In this document: piece by piece, positions 45,367 to 54,625 of the stretch
How positions within the stretch are numbered: the first letter of the stretch is position 1
How the letters are laid out: the number at the start of each line of letters is the position of its first letter
Assembly (NCBI GenBank): GCA_964436825.1
Contig: CAYTEO010000001.1
Location: 9,035 to 73,034, forward strand
Direction: 5' to 3'
Length of the DNA: 64,000 nucleotides
Source of the DNA: an uncultured Fibrobacteraceae bacterium
Lineage (GTDB): Bacteria > Krumholzibacteriota > Krumholzibacteriia > LZORAL124-64-63
Position numbers and translations under genes: made by a program
Notes under the pieces: generated by a model
Database searches by the model: none
Told to the model about the DNA's origin: nothing
The model's input: the letters and a program-made list of their open reading frames with translations, nothing else

Positions 45367-47840
45367 GGTCGGTCTTCCTCCTGGGCGTGCGGGGTCCGTG
45401 TCGGGGCGGGAACGCCGAGCACCAGCCAGAGCAGCACCAGCAGCAGGGCCGCACCGCCGACCGGCAGGGCCTTGTGCAAGGCGGGATCGCGGTACACGAA
45501 ACGGACCTCGTGCTCCCCCGCCGGCAGCGCCACGGCCCGCAGCAGGCGGTCGGCCCGCAGCAGGGCCGCCGGCGTGCCGTCGACGGTGACCCGCCAGCCG
45601 GGCAGCCAGAGGTCGGCCAGCACCAGGATCGCCGGGACATCGGCCCGGGTGCGCAGCGTCACCCGGTCCAGGTCGTCCTCCACGTAGGTGACCGGGGGCA
45701 GGACCGTGTCGACCGGTGTCGGTGCCGGGTCGGGGACCGCTTCCAGGCGGACGGTGTCCCGCCACCTGAGCCGACCCGCGGCGATCCCGTCCAGCAGGGA
45801 GGACAGGGGAGCCTCGGTCCGCTGCCAGCGGGTGACCAGGCGGGCCCGCGGCAACGCATCCCTGATCCGGTAGGCGACCAGGCCGTCGCCGACGACCGGG
45901 TCGGGGTCCACCGCCGCCCCCAGTTCCGCCAGGACGGGGAAGGCGTTCTCGGGCAGCGGCCCGTCGGTGACGAGGAGGGAGGCCCCCAGCCAGGAAGCCA
46001 GCCGCCCGGACGGCCGGCGCTGGTCGAAGAGACGCCGACGGACCTCCTCGGCGGCCGCGGGCTTGGCCGGATGGTACCCCCCCAGGGAGCGGACGCCGGC
46101 GAGCATCCCCTCGTTGGTGCTCGACGCACCGCCCAGGGGCCAGATCCGCTCGTGGCCCGCCTGCCCGGCAATCCGCTGCCAGACCGGATCGACACCCGGC
46201 CTGGTCGCCGCCGGCCGGGGTGCCAGGACCGCGGGGGCCGGCACGAGCCGCCCGCCGCCCTGGGTGGTCCGGGCCACGGCGTGGAGGCTTCGCTCGGGAT
46301 GGACGATCCGGCGGTCGACCGTCGCCAGGTCGACGACGACGAGCAGGACGACGGCCCAGGGCGCCAGCTCCCGCCAGCGACCGCCGCGCGGCAGCAGGAA
46401 CCGCCACCAGGCGCCGAGGGCGACGAGGATCAGGCCGATCCGCAGCAGGTCCGCGCGGTGGAGACGCCAGGCCAGTTCCAGCAGGGAACCGGCCGGCGCC
46501 GGCTTGCCGCCGTCACGGGCCAGGGCCGTCAGGTGGGCCGCGTAGCCGTCACGCGCCAGGCCCAGTCCACCCGCGGCCAGCAGGACGCCGACGAGCAGCA
46601 GGCCCATCCCGCTCCAGGCCCGCTGCCGCGCTCCCAGTTCCCGCCACCGGTCCAGGCCGACCGCGGCCAGGACGGCCACGGCGAAGCCGGTGAGCGTCAG
46701 GATCATCGACGGGACCCGGAACTTGTTGAAGTAGGGCAGGAAGCGGTAGCAGAGGTCGTACAGCGGCGGGAAGAAGTTGCCGCAGGCGATCAGCAGGCTG
46801 ACGAAGGCGGTTACCGCCAGGGTCGTCGTCACCCAGTCCCGCCTCCGCCAGAGCCCCAGCAGCGCCAGCCCCACGGCGACCAGGCCCAGGTAGTTGGGGT
46901 AGTCGGTGAACGGCATCCTTCCCTGGTAGGTCGCCTTGCCGAACCCGGCCGCCGACGGGAGCAGCAGGGTGTCCCATTCCCGTGGCGACAGGCTCCAGCC
47001 CGTGGCGTACTCGTACGCCGCCCCTCCCCCTTCGGCCGCCCCCCGCACCGACCAGCCGGCGTACTCGTGGACGGGCCACAGGAGGATCGCGCCGATCCCG
47101 CCGGCCAGCGCCAGGCTCGCCAGCAGCAGGAAGCTCGCACGCCGGAAGTCGGGCCAGCGCGCGGCGCCACTCCCGCGCCAGACGGCGATCAGCCGGCCCA
47201 GCCAGAGCAGGCCGACCAGCAGACCCGTGTAGTAGATGATCTGGATGTGGCCGCGCAGGACCTCCAGGCCGAACACCAGCGCCAACAGCGGCGCCGTCCG
47301 CCGTCCCCGGCCCTCGAGCAGCCCGAGGGTCAGTCCCGCGACCCACGGCAGGTACATGGCCGTCGCCAGCTTGGAACCGTGGCCGAAGGCGGCCCAGGCC
47401 GTCACCTTGGGGAACATCAGCCAGAGGGCGGCCCCCAGCAGCCGGCTCGCCGTCGACAGCCGCCACCGTCCCAGCAGCCAGTACATGCCCAGGCCACCGA
47501 ACAGCAGGTGTGCCAGCAGCCAGGTCAGGGGCGGGAAGCCCAGATGATCCTGCAGGAAGGTCAGCACCTCGCCGGGCGGATAGACGAACCGGGTGTAGGT
47601 GAGCGAGCCGAACGTCGGCATCCCCAGGAAGAGATACGGGTTCCAGAGAGGATAGTGTCTCTGCGCCAGGGCGGCGTTGCCGACCAGGGTGAACCCCAGC
47701 GCGTTGTTGCTGTCCGCGGAGCCGAAGACGGCCCCGCGCAGCAGCGGTTCCGGGTAGACGATCGCGAGCAGGACGAGCACCCCGGCCACCCCGGGGAGCC
47801 AGCGGACAAGCGCGGGATGTTCTCTCAGCGGGGATCGCAC
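45363..47840 (-). CDS. Large polytopic membrane protein, YfhO-like GT-C fold glycosyltransferase (825 aa).
   Basis: About 13 predicted TM helices in the N-terminal 450 aa, followed by a large extracytoplasmic C-domain. Size and architecture fit the YfhO/GT-C family. Family assignment is tentative. Confidence 0.5.
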   Translation of the reverse strand: MRSPLREHPALVRWLPGVAGVLVLLAIVYPEPLLRGAVFGSADSNNALGFTLVGNAALAQRHYPLWNPYLFLGMPTFGSLTYTRFVYPPGEVLTFLQDHLGFPPLTWLLAHLLFGGLGMYWLLGRWRLSTASRLLGAALWLMFPKVTAWAAFGHGSKLATAMYLPWVAGLTLGLLEGRGRRTAPLLALVFGLEVLRGHIQIIYYTGLLVGLLWLGRLIAVWRGSGAARWPDFRRASFLLLASLALAGGIGAILLWPVHEYAGWSVRGAAEGGGAAYEYATGWSLSPREWDTLLLPSAAGFGKATYQGRMPFTDYPNYLGLVAVGLALLGLWRRRDWVTTTLAVTAFVSLLIACGNFFPPLYDLCYRFLPYFNKFRVPSMILTLTGFAVAVLAAVGLDRWRELGARQRAWSGMGLLLVGVLLAAGGLGLARDGYAAHLTALARDGGKPAPAGSLLELAWRLHRADLLRIGLILVALGAWWRFLLPRGGRWRELAPWAVVLLVVVDLATVDRRIVHPERSLHAVARTTQGGGRLVPAPAVLAPRPAATRPGVDPVWQRIAGQAGHERIWPLGGASSTNEGMLAGVRSLGGYHPAKPAAAEEVRRRLFDQRRPSGRLASWLGASLLVTDGPLPENAFPVLAELGAAVDPDPVVGDGLVAYRIRDALPRARLVTRWQRTEAPLSSLLDGIAAGRLRWRDTVRLEAVPDPAPTPVDTVLPPVTYVEDDLDRVTLRTRADVPAILVLADLWLPGWRVTVDGTPAALLRADRLLRAVALPAGEHEVRFVYRDPALHKALPVGGAALLLVLLWLVLGVPAPTRTPHAQEEDRP

Positions 47841-47916
47841 GGTCCCTCCCGGTCCTCGCCCCCGGGACGACCGTCCGGGGAACTTCCAGTGTAACCGACG
47901 GTTGCCTCGGCGTCCA

Positions 47917-48849
47917 TCACTCTCGCGCGCCTCGGCGGCCAGGATAGGGGCGTCCGGTCAGCTCGTCCAGGGCTCCCTGGACCAGGGCCAGCGCCGCGGC
48001 CGGACTCCCGTGCCAGAGCCACCAGGCGACGTGGCCGGCATGGTAGGCGAGCTGGGCCGGCCAGAGGGTCGCGCGCGCCAGGCCGTGCCAGTGCCGGCGG
48101 AGCAGGCGGATGTGGCTGCGGGAACGCAGGTAGAGCCGCTCCGGGGAGTCGCCGCCCAGCGACTGGCTCACCTTGTGCAGGACCAGGGCTGCCGGCACGT
48201 GGAGGATGCGCCCCCCCGCCTCCCGGATCCGCAGGCAGTAGTCTGAATCCTCACCGTAGAGCCGGAACTCCTCGTCCAGGTCCCCGACCTCCTCGACGGC
48301 ACGCCGGGACAGCAGCAGGGCGCAGCCGGTGCCGTACTCGATGTAACGCGAGGTCAGGGGGCGACCGCCCGCCTCCTGCCGGATCCCGGCGTGCCGGACC
48401 CAGCCGGACCAGCGGCCGACGATCCCCCCGTCGTACCAGATCCGGGCCGGATCGTCGGCGTAGCAGATACGCGGCGTGGCGGCCCAGACCGCGGGGTCGG
48501 CCGCCGCGGTCCGGACCAGGCGCTGCAGGCTGCCGCCGGGGACGATGGTGTCGTTGTTCAGCAGCAGGACCCAGTCGGGGCAACCGTCGCGGCGCAGCCG
48601 GCGCAGGGCCAGGTTGTTCCCCCCCGCCCACCGCAGGTTCTCCGGCGCGGCGAGGATCTCCACGTCGGGATAGCGGTGACGGACGAAGTCGACCGAACCG
48701 TCGGTCGAGGCGTTGTCCACCAGCAGGATCCGCAGGTCGCGGTAGCCGCCGGCCAGCAGGGAACCGAGACAGTCGTCCAGCAGGTGTCGTCCGTTCCAGT
48801 TGACGACGACGACCGTCAGCGTGGGCCACGTGGAGAACTCAGTCGGCAT
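47917..48849 (-). CDS. GT2-family glycosyltransferase (rhamnosyl/glycosyl transferase-like).
   Basis: LTVVVVNWNGRHLL...LVDNASTDGS...YGEDSDYCLR DxD/ED motifs. Confidence 0.75.
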   Translation of the reverse strand: MPTEFSTWPTLTVVVVNWNGRHLLDDCLGSLLAGGYRDLRILLVDNASTDGSVDFVRHRYPDVEILAAPENLRWAGGNNLALRRLRRDGCPDWVLLLNNDTIVPGGSLQRLVRTAAADPAVWAATPRICYADDPARIWYDGGIVGRWSGWVRHAGIRQEAGGRPLTSRYIEYGTGCALLLSRRAVEEVGDLDEEFRLYGEDSDYCLRIREAGGRILHVPAALVLHKVSQSLGGDSPERLYLRSRSHIRLLRRHWHGLARATLWPAQLAYHAGHVAWWLWHGSPAAALALVQGALDELTGRPYPGRRGARE

Positions 48850-49813
48850 CGCCGGTCCGGTCCGCGGGGGCGATGATCTCCCGCACCATGTACTCGCTCT
48901 CGGGGTGTCGTCCCGCCACGACGAGCTCGGCCAGCAGGCCGAGGCTGATGAACTGGACGGCCATCAGCACGAGGGTCACCCCCAGCAGCATCAGCGGGCG
49001 GATCCGCAGCCCGTGGCCGGTCAGCCACCAGCCGAGGAACCAGGCCATGATCCCGCCGCCGACCGCCAGCAGGGCCACGCCGATGCGGCCGAACAGGTGC
49101 AGGGGCGAGGTGCCGCGGGAGGTCAGGAAGAGCATGGTCAGCAGATCCAGGAACCCGTTGAGGAAGCGGGCCAGACCGTACTTCGTCGTCCCGTACTTGC
49201 GGGGGTGGTGGCGGACGGGCAGCTCGGTGACGCGGAAACCGCCCCGGTGGACCAGGGCGGGGATGAACCTGTGCAGTTCCCCGTAGAGGCGGACGGCGGC
49301 CAGTGCCTCGCGGCGGTAGGCCTTCAGGCCGCAGTTGAAGTCGTGGAGCCGCAGGCCGACGGCCCGGCTGGTCACCAGGTTGAACAGGCGCGAGGTCTGG
49401 TTCTTGACGAAGCCGTCCTTGCGATCCTGCTTCCAGCCGGAGACCAGGTCGTACCCCTCCTCCAGCTTGGCCAGCAGCCGCGGGATCTCGGCCGGGTCGT
49501 CCTGCAGGTCGGCGTCCATGGTCACGACGTAGCGTCCCTGCGCGCGCTGGAAGCCGGCCGACAGGGCCGCCGCCTTGCCGAAATTCCGGGAGAAGCGGAT
49601 CCCCCGCACGGCCGGGTACCGGTCGGCGAGGCTGCGCAGGACCGCGGGCGTGTCGTCGCGGCTGCCGTCGTCGATGATCCAGACCTCGTGGTTCAACCCC
49701 AGCGGAGCGACCGCCGCCTCGATCCTCTCGACGAGTTCGGGCAGGGATTCCGCCTCGTTGTAGGCCGGGATGACGATCGACAGATCGCACCCGGCTGATC
49801 GCTCACGCCCCAT
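48839..49813 (-). CDS. Polyprenyl-phosphate glycosyltransferase (ArnC/GtrB-like GT2) with two C-terminal TM helices.
   Basis: LSIVIPAYNEAESL...IIDDGSRDDT...MDADLQDDP plus a C-terminal TM pair, as in ArnC/GtrB. Start at MGRERSAG. The upstream part of the ORF is an artifact. Confidence 0.75.
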   Translation of the reverse strand: MGRERSAGCDLSIVIPAYNEAESLPELVERIEAAVAPLGLNHEVWIIDDGSRDDTPAVLRSLADRYPAVRGIRFSRNFGKAAALSAGFQRAQGRYVVTMDADLQDDPAEIPRLLAKLEEGYDLVSGWKQDRKDGFVKNQTSRLFNLVTSRAVGLRLHDFNCGLKAYRREALAAVRLYGELHRFIPALVHRGGFRVTELPVRHHPRKYGTTKYGLARFLNGFLDLLTMLFLTSRGTSPLHLFGRIGVALLAVGGGIMAWFLGWWLTGHGLRIRPLMLLGVTLVLMAVQFISLGLLAELVVAGRHPESEYMVREIIAPADRTGDAD

Positions 49814-50846
49814 GACTGCGCTGTCTCCTCTGGACGGCCCACCGAACCTCCTCCCGCAGCCCGTCGCGGAAGGGGGTCGTGGCCCTGTACCCCAGTTCGG
49901 CTGCGATGCGGGAGGGGTCGGCCCAGGTATCGTGGACGTCGCCCTTCTCCCGCTCGCGGTACTCGATCCGCACCGTGACCTCCGGGGCCGAAACGGCCAG
50001 CAGGTCCTGCAGGATCTCCAGCGCCTCGGCCAGGGAGATCCGCGCCCCGCCGCCGACGTTGTAGACGGCCCAGCGGCGCGGTGTGGCCACGGCCAGCAGG
50101 TTGGCCCGCACGGCGTCGGCCACGAAGGTGAAGTCGCGCGTCTGGCTCCCGTCGCCGTAGACGATCCACGGCCGCCCGTCCAGGGCCGCGTCGATGAACT
50201 TGCGGAACGCCATGTCCGGCCGTTGCCGCGGCCCGTAGACGGTGAAGTAGCGCAGGCTCGTCGTCGGCACGCCGAAGTTCCCGCTGTACAGGACACAGAG
50301 ATGCTCCGCCGCCAGCTTGGTCACCCCGTAGGGCGAGAACGGCTGCGGCAGGGCGGTCTCGGCCACGGGCAGGTCCTCGCGGTCGCCGTAGACGGAGCTG
50401 GAGCTGGAGTAGACGAACCGCTCCAGGGTCGCGGCGACCTCGGGATGGCGGCACGCCTCCAGCAGGTGCTGGGTCGCCAGCACGTTCCGGTCGGTGTATT
50501 CCCGGAAGTGCCCTCCCCAGCTGGCCCGCACGCCGGCCTGGGCGGCCAGGTGGAAGACGAAGCGCCGGCCCCGCAGCAGCTCGACGGCGTCGAGATCCAG
50601 CAGGTCGCGCTCCAGGAAGGTGAAGCCGTCGCGCCCGGCCAGGGCCGCCAGGTTCTCCCGCTTCAGTCCCGGATCGTAGTAGTCGGTCAGGCAGTCGACT
50701 CCGGTGACCTGGCAGCCGCGATCGAGGAGGGCCTCGGCCAGGTGGCTGCCGATGAAGCCGGCACAACCGGTCACGACGACCGGCGTCCCCGGTGCCAGGA
50801 GCTCGGCCAGCCGCTGCTGCACCGCCGAACGCGCGTCATCGTTCAT
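49803..50846 (-). CDS. NAD-dependent sugar-nucleotide epimerase/dehydratase (SDR family).
   Basis: VVVTGCAGFIGSHL Rossmann motif and a YxxxK catalytic pair (YGVTK). 347 aa. Confidence 0.8.
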   Translation of the reverse strand: MNDDARSAVQQRLAELLAPGTPVVVTGCAGFIGSHLAEALLDRGCQVTGVDCLTDYYDPGLKRENLAALAGRDGFTFLERDLLDLDAVELLRGRRFVFHLAAQAGVRASWGGHFREYTDRNVLATQHLLEACRHPEVAATLERFVYSSSSSVYGDREDLPVAETALPQPFSPYGVTKLAAEHLCVLYSGNFGVPTTSLRYFTVYGPRQRPDMAFRKFIDAALDGRPWIVYGDGSQTRDFTFVADAVRANLLAVATPRRWAVYNVGGGARISLAEALEILQDLLAVSAPEVTVRIEYREREKGDVHDTWADPSRIAAELGYRATTPFRDGLREEVRWAVQRRQRSHGA

Positions 50847-53559
50847 GCTGCCCGTTCCCTCCCGTGGTCCCCGGGTCGGAGCCGCCGTCGCCCTGCTCCC
50901 GCTCCATCTCGGCGAGGGCCCGTTCCATGGCGGGGTCCTCCTGCCCGAAACGCTCCCGCCACGCCTCCGCGATGGCGCGACACCCCTGCAGATCGGCACG
51001 GTAGCGGGCCAGCTTGAACAGCATCCGGTACGGGAGCGGATCTCCGGGGTCCGCCGCCCGGCGGCGCTGCAGCCAAGCCTCGGCCAGGGAGTCGGCGCCC
51101 GCCGTGTAGAGGGTCTCGACGACCTGGCCGACGGTCCGTTCCTCGTCCAGCTGCGGGATCCGCCCGTGGATGGCGTCGAGATGGGCCAGGGCGGCAGCCG
51201 GCCGGTGGCGCTCGATCAGCAGCAGGGGATAGATGTCGGCGACCATGGGGAAGGTCGGGTCGAAGCTGCGGGCCATCTCGAAGGCCGCCTCGGCCTTGCC
51301 CAGGACGTGCTGGTAGAGGGAGTCGTCCTCGACGGGGATGGTCCGGGCCTGCTGCAGCATGGCGTAGCCGGCGCGGATCATGCCGGCCGGGTAGTTGCCC
51401 ATGAGGTTGCTGGTCGTCGTGTCGAAGAAGACGTCCCGGCGGCGCTCGCCGTCGTCGGTGTAGAGGCCCTCGAACTCCCAGGTGCGACCCTCGCCGGCGA
51501 GCTGGGCGGGATCGCCCGCCAGCAGCGGCGCGGGATCCAGGCTGTTGAGCTCGGCGAAGCGGCGGCGACGGCGGTCGCTGTCCCCGGTCAGGACCGCCCG
51601 GTAGTCGTAGACGCCGTACGCGTTGGCCAGCAGGCGCTCGGGATCGACGGTAGGGTTGCCGTCCTGCGACGCCCTGCCGGTGAAGCGGTAGGCCAGTCCC
51701 TCCATCCGCAGCATCCCGTAGTAGCGCTTCATGTTCTCCTGCGGGATCGTCACGGCGAAGTAGACCGGTCGCCGCCCGGCGTTCTGCAGGATGTTGTGGA
51801 CCACGTAGTCCTTGACCATCAGGTACTCGCGCCTGCCGGTCTCGGGGTCCTCGTAGATGACCGGCCGCAGTTCCTCCAGCTCGCGGTCGCTGTAGGAGAT
51901 CTTCACGGTGGGCGGGTAGCGCTTGAGCTGCTTGTTGTACCAGGCCAGGTTGACCAGGCTCAGGTTGACGATGGAGACGTCCTTGCGGAAGCCCTCCACC
52001 TGCTGGAGGTACCAGACCGGGAAGGTGTCGTTGTCGCCGTTGGTGAACAGGATGGCGTCGTGGTCCAGGCCGGCCAGCATGTTCCAGGCGTACTCCCGCG
52101 GCGCCCAGTTCAGGTGGCGGTCGTGCTCGAACCACTTGGTGTGGCCGGGCACGAGCAGCGGCAGCGCGGCGACCAGCACCAGGGCGCCGGCGACGACCTT
52201 GACGACCGGGCCGATGCGCACCGCCGCGGCCCCGCTCCGCGCGACCGCATCGCGACCCTTCTCCAGCAGGGGACCGGCCAGGTACCGCAGCAGGGCGGCG
52301 GCGCCGATCCCGATGAAGACGGCGAAGTAGAGGAAGCCGGCGAAGAAGAAGTAGTCGCGGTCACGGACCTCGTGGTCGGTGAAGTTCAGGTAGACGTTCA
52401 GGATGTCGGCGTTGATCAGGTAGTTGACCAGGATCAGCCACGCCAGAGGCCGGGCGCGCAGCAGGGCGTGGACGGCCCCCAGCAGTCCCAGGAAGACCGG
52501 CACCAGGAAGTTCAGCCAGCGGGCACCGCCGCCCAGGCGCGGGTCCAGGAAGGTGAACTGCTGGACGAGGTAGTGGTAGTAGTAGCCGATCTGCCAGAGG
52601 AAGTCGGCCTTGCGCTGGAAGGGGTTCATGGGCGGATACTGCTCCCGCCGCAGGACCTCCATGAGGGTGGCGAAGTTGTCCGGCTGCGACTGGTTGATGG
52701 CCGGGTCCAGCCCGGCGCGGATCAGCAGGTAGATGTGGACCGACAGGCCGAGCAGGAACAGCCCGCCCCCGATCAGGACCAGCGGCTTGCCGCCGTGGGC
52801 CCGCACCAGGGCCCAGGCCGCCAGGGCGACCACGGCTCCGACGAGGACGAAGTCGTCCTTGATCATGGTCGAGACCATGAACAGGCCGAGCACGGCGCCC
52901 AGGCCGAGCAGGTCGAGGACCTCGATCCGGCGCTCCCTGGCCAGCAGGACCAGGACGAAGATCCCGGGGAAGACGAGCAGCGTTCCCAGGTGGAACCCGA
53001 CGCCGAGGCCCAGCAGGTAGATCATCAGCAGCAGCAGCCGGTTGCTCGCCTCCCGGCGGCGCACGTCGTACCACTTCAGGGCCAGCCAGGTCAGGAAGGT
53101 GATCATGAACGCCGCCAGGCCGTAGACCTCGGCCTCGATGGCGTTGTTCCAGAAGGTGTGGCTGAAGGTCAGCATCAGGGCGCCGACCAGCCCCCCGGCA
53201 TGGGGCAGCCACCCCGCGTCGGGATCGGCCCGGCGGGCCAGCCGGACGATGACCAGGTAGGTGAACATGACCGCCAGGGCGCTGAAGAACCCGGACATGG
53301 CGTTGACGGCCCTGGCCGTGCTGCCCAGCACCGGTGCCAGCAGCAGGTCGAAGCAGCGGCCCACCAGGACGTACAGGGGCGTGCCGGGCTGGTGGGGGAT
53401 CCCCAGGATGTGGCTGGTGGTGATGAACTCGCCGCAGTCCCAGAAACTGAGCGTCGGCGCCATCGTCAGCAGGTAGACGATCCAGGCGAGCAGGAAGACG
53501 CCGCCGGCCAGCCGGGGCGTCCACCGATCCTGTCGAGTCGTCGTGGGCATGCTCTTCAT
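50836..53559 (-). CDS. DUF2723-family (TMEM260-like) GT-C membrane glycosyltransferase with a C-terminal TPR-like soluble domain.
   Basis: N-terminal PTLSFWDCGEFITTSHILGIPHQPGTPLYVLVGR signature of DUF2723. About 11 TM helices. A C-terminal 300 aa helical domain. 907 aa. Confidence 0.6.
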   Translation of the reverse strand: MKSMPTTTRQDRWTPRLAGGVFLLAWIVYLLTMAPTLSFWDCGEFITTSHILGIPHQPGTPLYVLVGRCFDLLLAPVLGSTARAVNAMSGFFSALAVMFTYLVIVRLARRADPDAGWLPHAGGLVGALMLTFSHTFWNNAIEAEVYGLAAFMITFLTWLALKWYDVRRREASNRLLLLMIYLLGLGVGFHLGTLLVFPGIFVLVLLARERRIEVLDLLGLGAVLGLFMVSTMIKDDFVLVGAVVALAAWALVRAHGGKPLVLIGGGLFLLGLSVHIYLLIRAGLDPAINQSQPDNFATLMEVLRREQYPPMNPFQRKADFLWQIGYYYHYLVQQFTFLDPRLGGGARWLNFLVPVFLGLLGAVHALLRARPLAWLILVNYLINADILNVYLNFTDHEVRDRDYFFFAGFLYFAVFIGIGAAALLRYLAGPLLEKGRDAVARSGAAAVRIGPVVKVVAGALVLVAALPLLVPGHTKWFEHDRHLNWAPREYAWNMLAGLDHDAILFTNGDNDTFPVWYLQQVEGFRKDVSIVNLSLVNLAWYNKQLKRYPPTVKISYSDRELEELRPVIYEDPETGRREYLMVKDYVVHNILQNAGRRPVYFAVTIPQENMKRYYGMLRMEGLAYRFTGRASQDGNPTVDPERLLANAYGVYDYRAVLTGDSDRRRRRFAELNSLDPAPLLAGDPAQLAGEGRTWEFEGLYTDDGERRRDVFFDTTTSNLMGNYPAGMIRAGYAMLQQARTIPVEDDSLYQHVLGKAEAAFEMARSFDPTFPMVADIYPLLLIERHRPAAALAHLDAIHGRIPQLDEERTVGQVVETLYTAGADSLAEAWLQRRRAADPGDPLPYRMLFKLARYRADLQGCRAIAEAWRERFGQEDPAMERALAEMEREQGDGGSDPGTTGGNGQHER

Positions 53560-53638
53560 CCTCGTCGTTCCGGTTGCCGTACAGCCATGGCCGCGGCGAA
53601 CCTAGCACATGGTGAGCAGGAGCAACAAGAACGGGTCG

Positions 53639-54625
53639 TCATCGGTTCCCGTCCCGCCCGGTCCGGGCGGTTTGCACCTCCCCCAGCAGGAACAGGACGC
53701 CACCGGCCAGGCTGACGATGAGCTGGATGGCGAAGGCCACCAGCTCGATGGCCACCGCGGAGCCGCCGTCGGCCACGATCCCCGCGGCGACGAACAGGTC
53801 GGCAGCCGCCGTCTCCCGCAAACCGATCCCGTTGATGCTCACCGGCAGGGTGATCAGGATCCCCAGCACCGGCACCAGGGCCAGCAGCAGCAGGGCGCGC
53901 TGCCCGTCCAGATCGAATCCCAGCGCCCGGGCCGCCAGCAGGTGGGTCGCGACCCGCAGCAGCTGCACCAGCAGCGCGAACAGGAACAGGGCGGCCAGCC
54001 GTCCCCAGCGGCGGCCGTGGACCCGCAGGGCGTCGTCGATCCGGACGAACCGGTCCCGCCATCCCGGCCACGGCAGCATCCGGACGAGCCGCCCGACCGG
54101 GCCCGACAGGGCCGGGGTCAGCAGCAGGGGCAGCAGCAGCAGGATCCCGCCCAGGACCACCGCGAGCGGCATGACCGGCAGGGCGGCCGCGCCGCTGCGG
54201 GCCCCCCAGGCGACGGCGATCAGCCCCAGCATGGCCAGCGCCCCCAGTCCCAGCAGCCGGTCGACCAGGGTCGCCCCGAAGACGACCGCCGTGCGGCCCT
54301 CGCGCCGTCCCAGGTCCAGGACCTTGACGGCGTCGCCGCCCACGTTGGCCGGCAGGAAGTTGTTGAAGAAGAGGCCCACCAGGTAGAGGCGCCACAGCGC
54401 GGCGCGGGGAGCGTGGATCCCGGCCCCTGCCAGCAGCCAGGTCCACTGCTGGGCGCCGCCCAGGACGGAGACGGCGAAGACGCCGACGGCCGCCAGCAGC
54501 CAGCCCGCCTGGAGGCGGCCGGACAGCTCGGCGAAGGTCGCCGCCAGGTCGTACCGCCGCAGCAGCAGCGCGACCAGCAGCGCGCTGACCCCCGCGCGCA
54601 GCAACCAGCTCCCGCGAAAGTTCAT
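53639..54625 (-). CDS. UPF0104 / lysylphosphatidylglycerol-synthase-TM-like 'flippase-like' membrane protein.
   Basis: Start MNFRGSWLL. Eight TM helices and the FFNNFLPANVGGD motif characteristic of the family. ATGA overlap with the upstream GT4. Confidence 0.55.
   Translation of the reverse strand: MNFRGSWLLRAGVSALLVALLLRRYDLAATFAELSGRLQAGWLLAAVGVFAVSVLGGAQQWTWLLAGAGIHAPRAALWRLYLVGLFFNNFLPANVGGDAVKVLDLGRREGRTAVVFGATLVDRLLGLGALAMLGLIAVAWGARSGAAALPVMPLAVVLGGILLLLPLLLTPALSGPVGRLVRMLPWPGWRDRFVRIDDALRVHGRRWGRLAALFLFALLVQLLRVATHLLAARALGFDLDGQRALLLLALVPVLGILITLPVSINGIGLRETAAADLFVAAGIVADGGSAVAIELVAFAIQLIVSLAGGVLFLLGEVQTARTGRDGNR

Noticed and set aside
50704-53715. 1003-aa plus-strand ORF antisense to the DUF2723 gene; also 52361..53608(-) and 50843..52135(-).
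   Set aside because: Off-frame low-complexity translations. The DUF2723 frame has the SFWDCGEF signature and regular TM helices.
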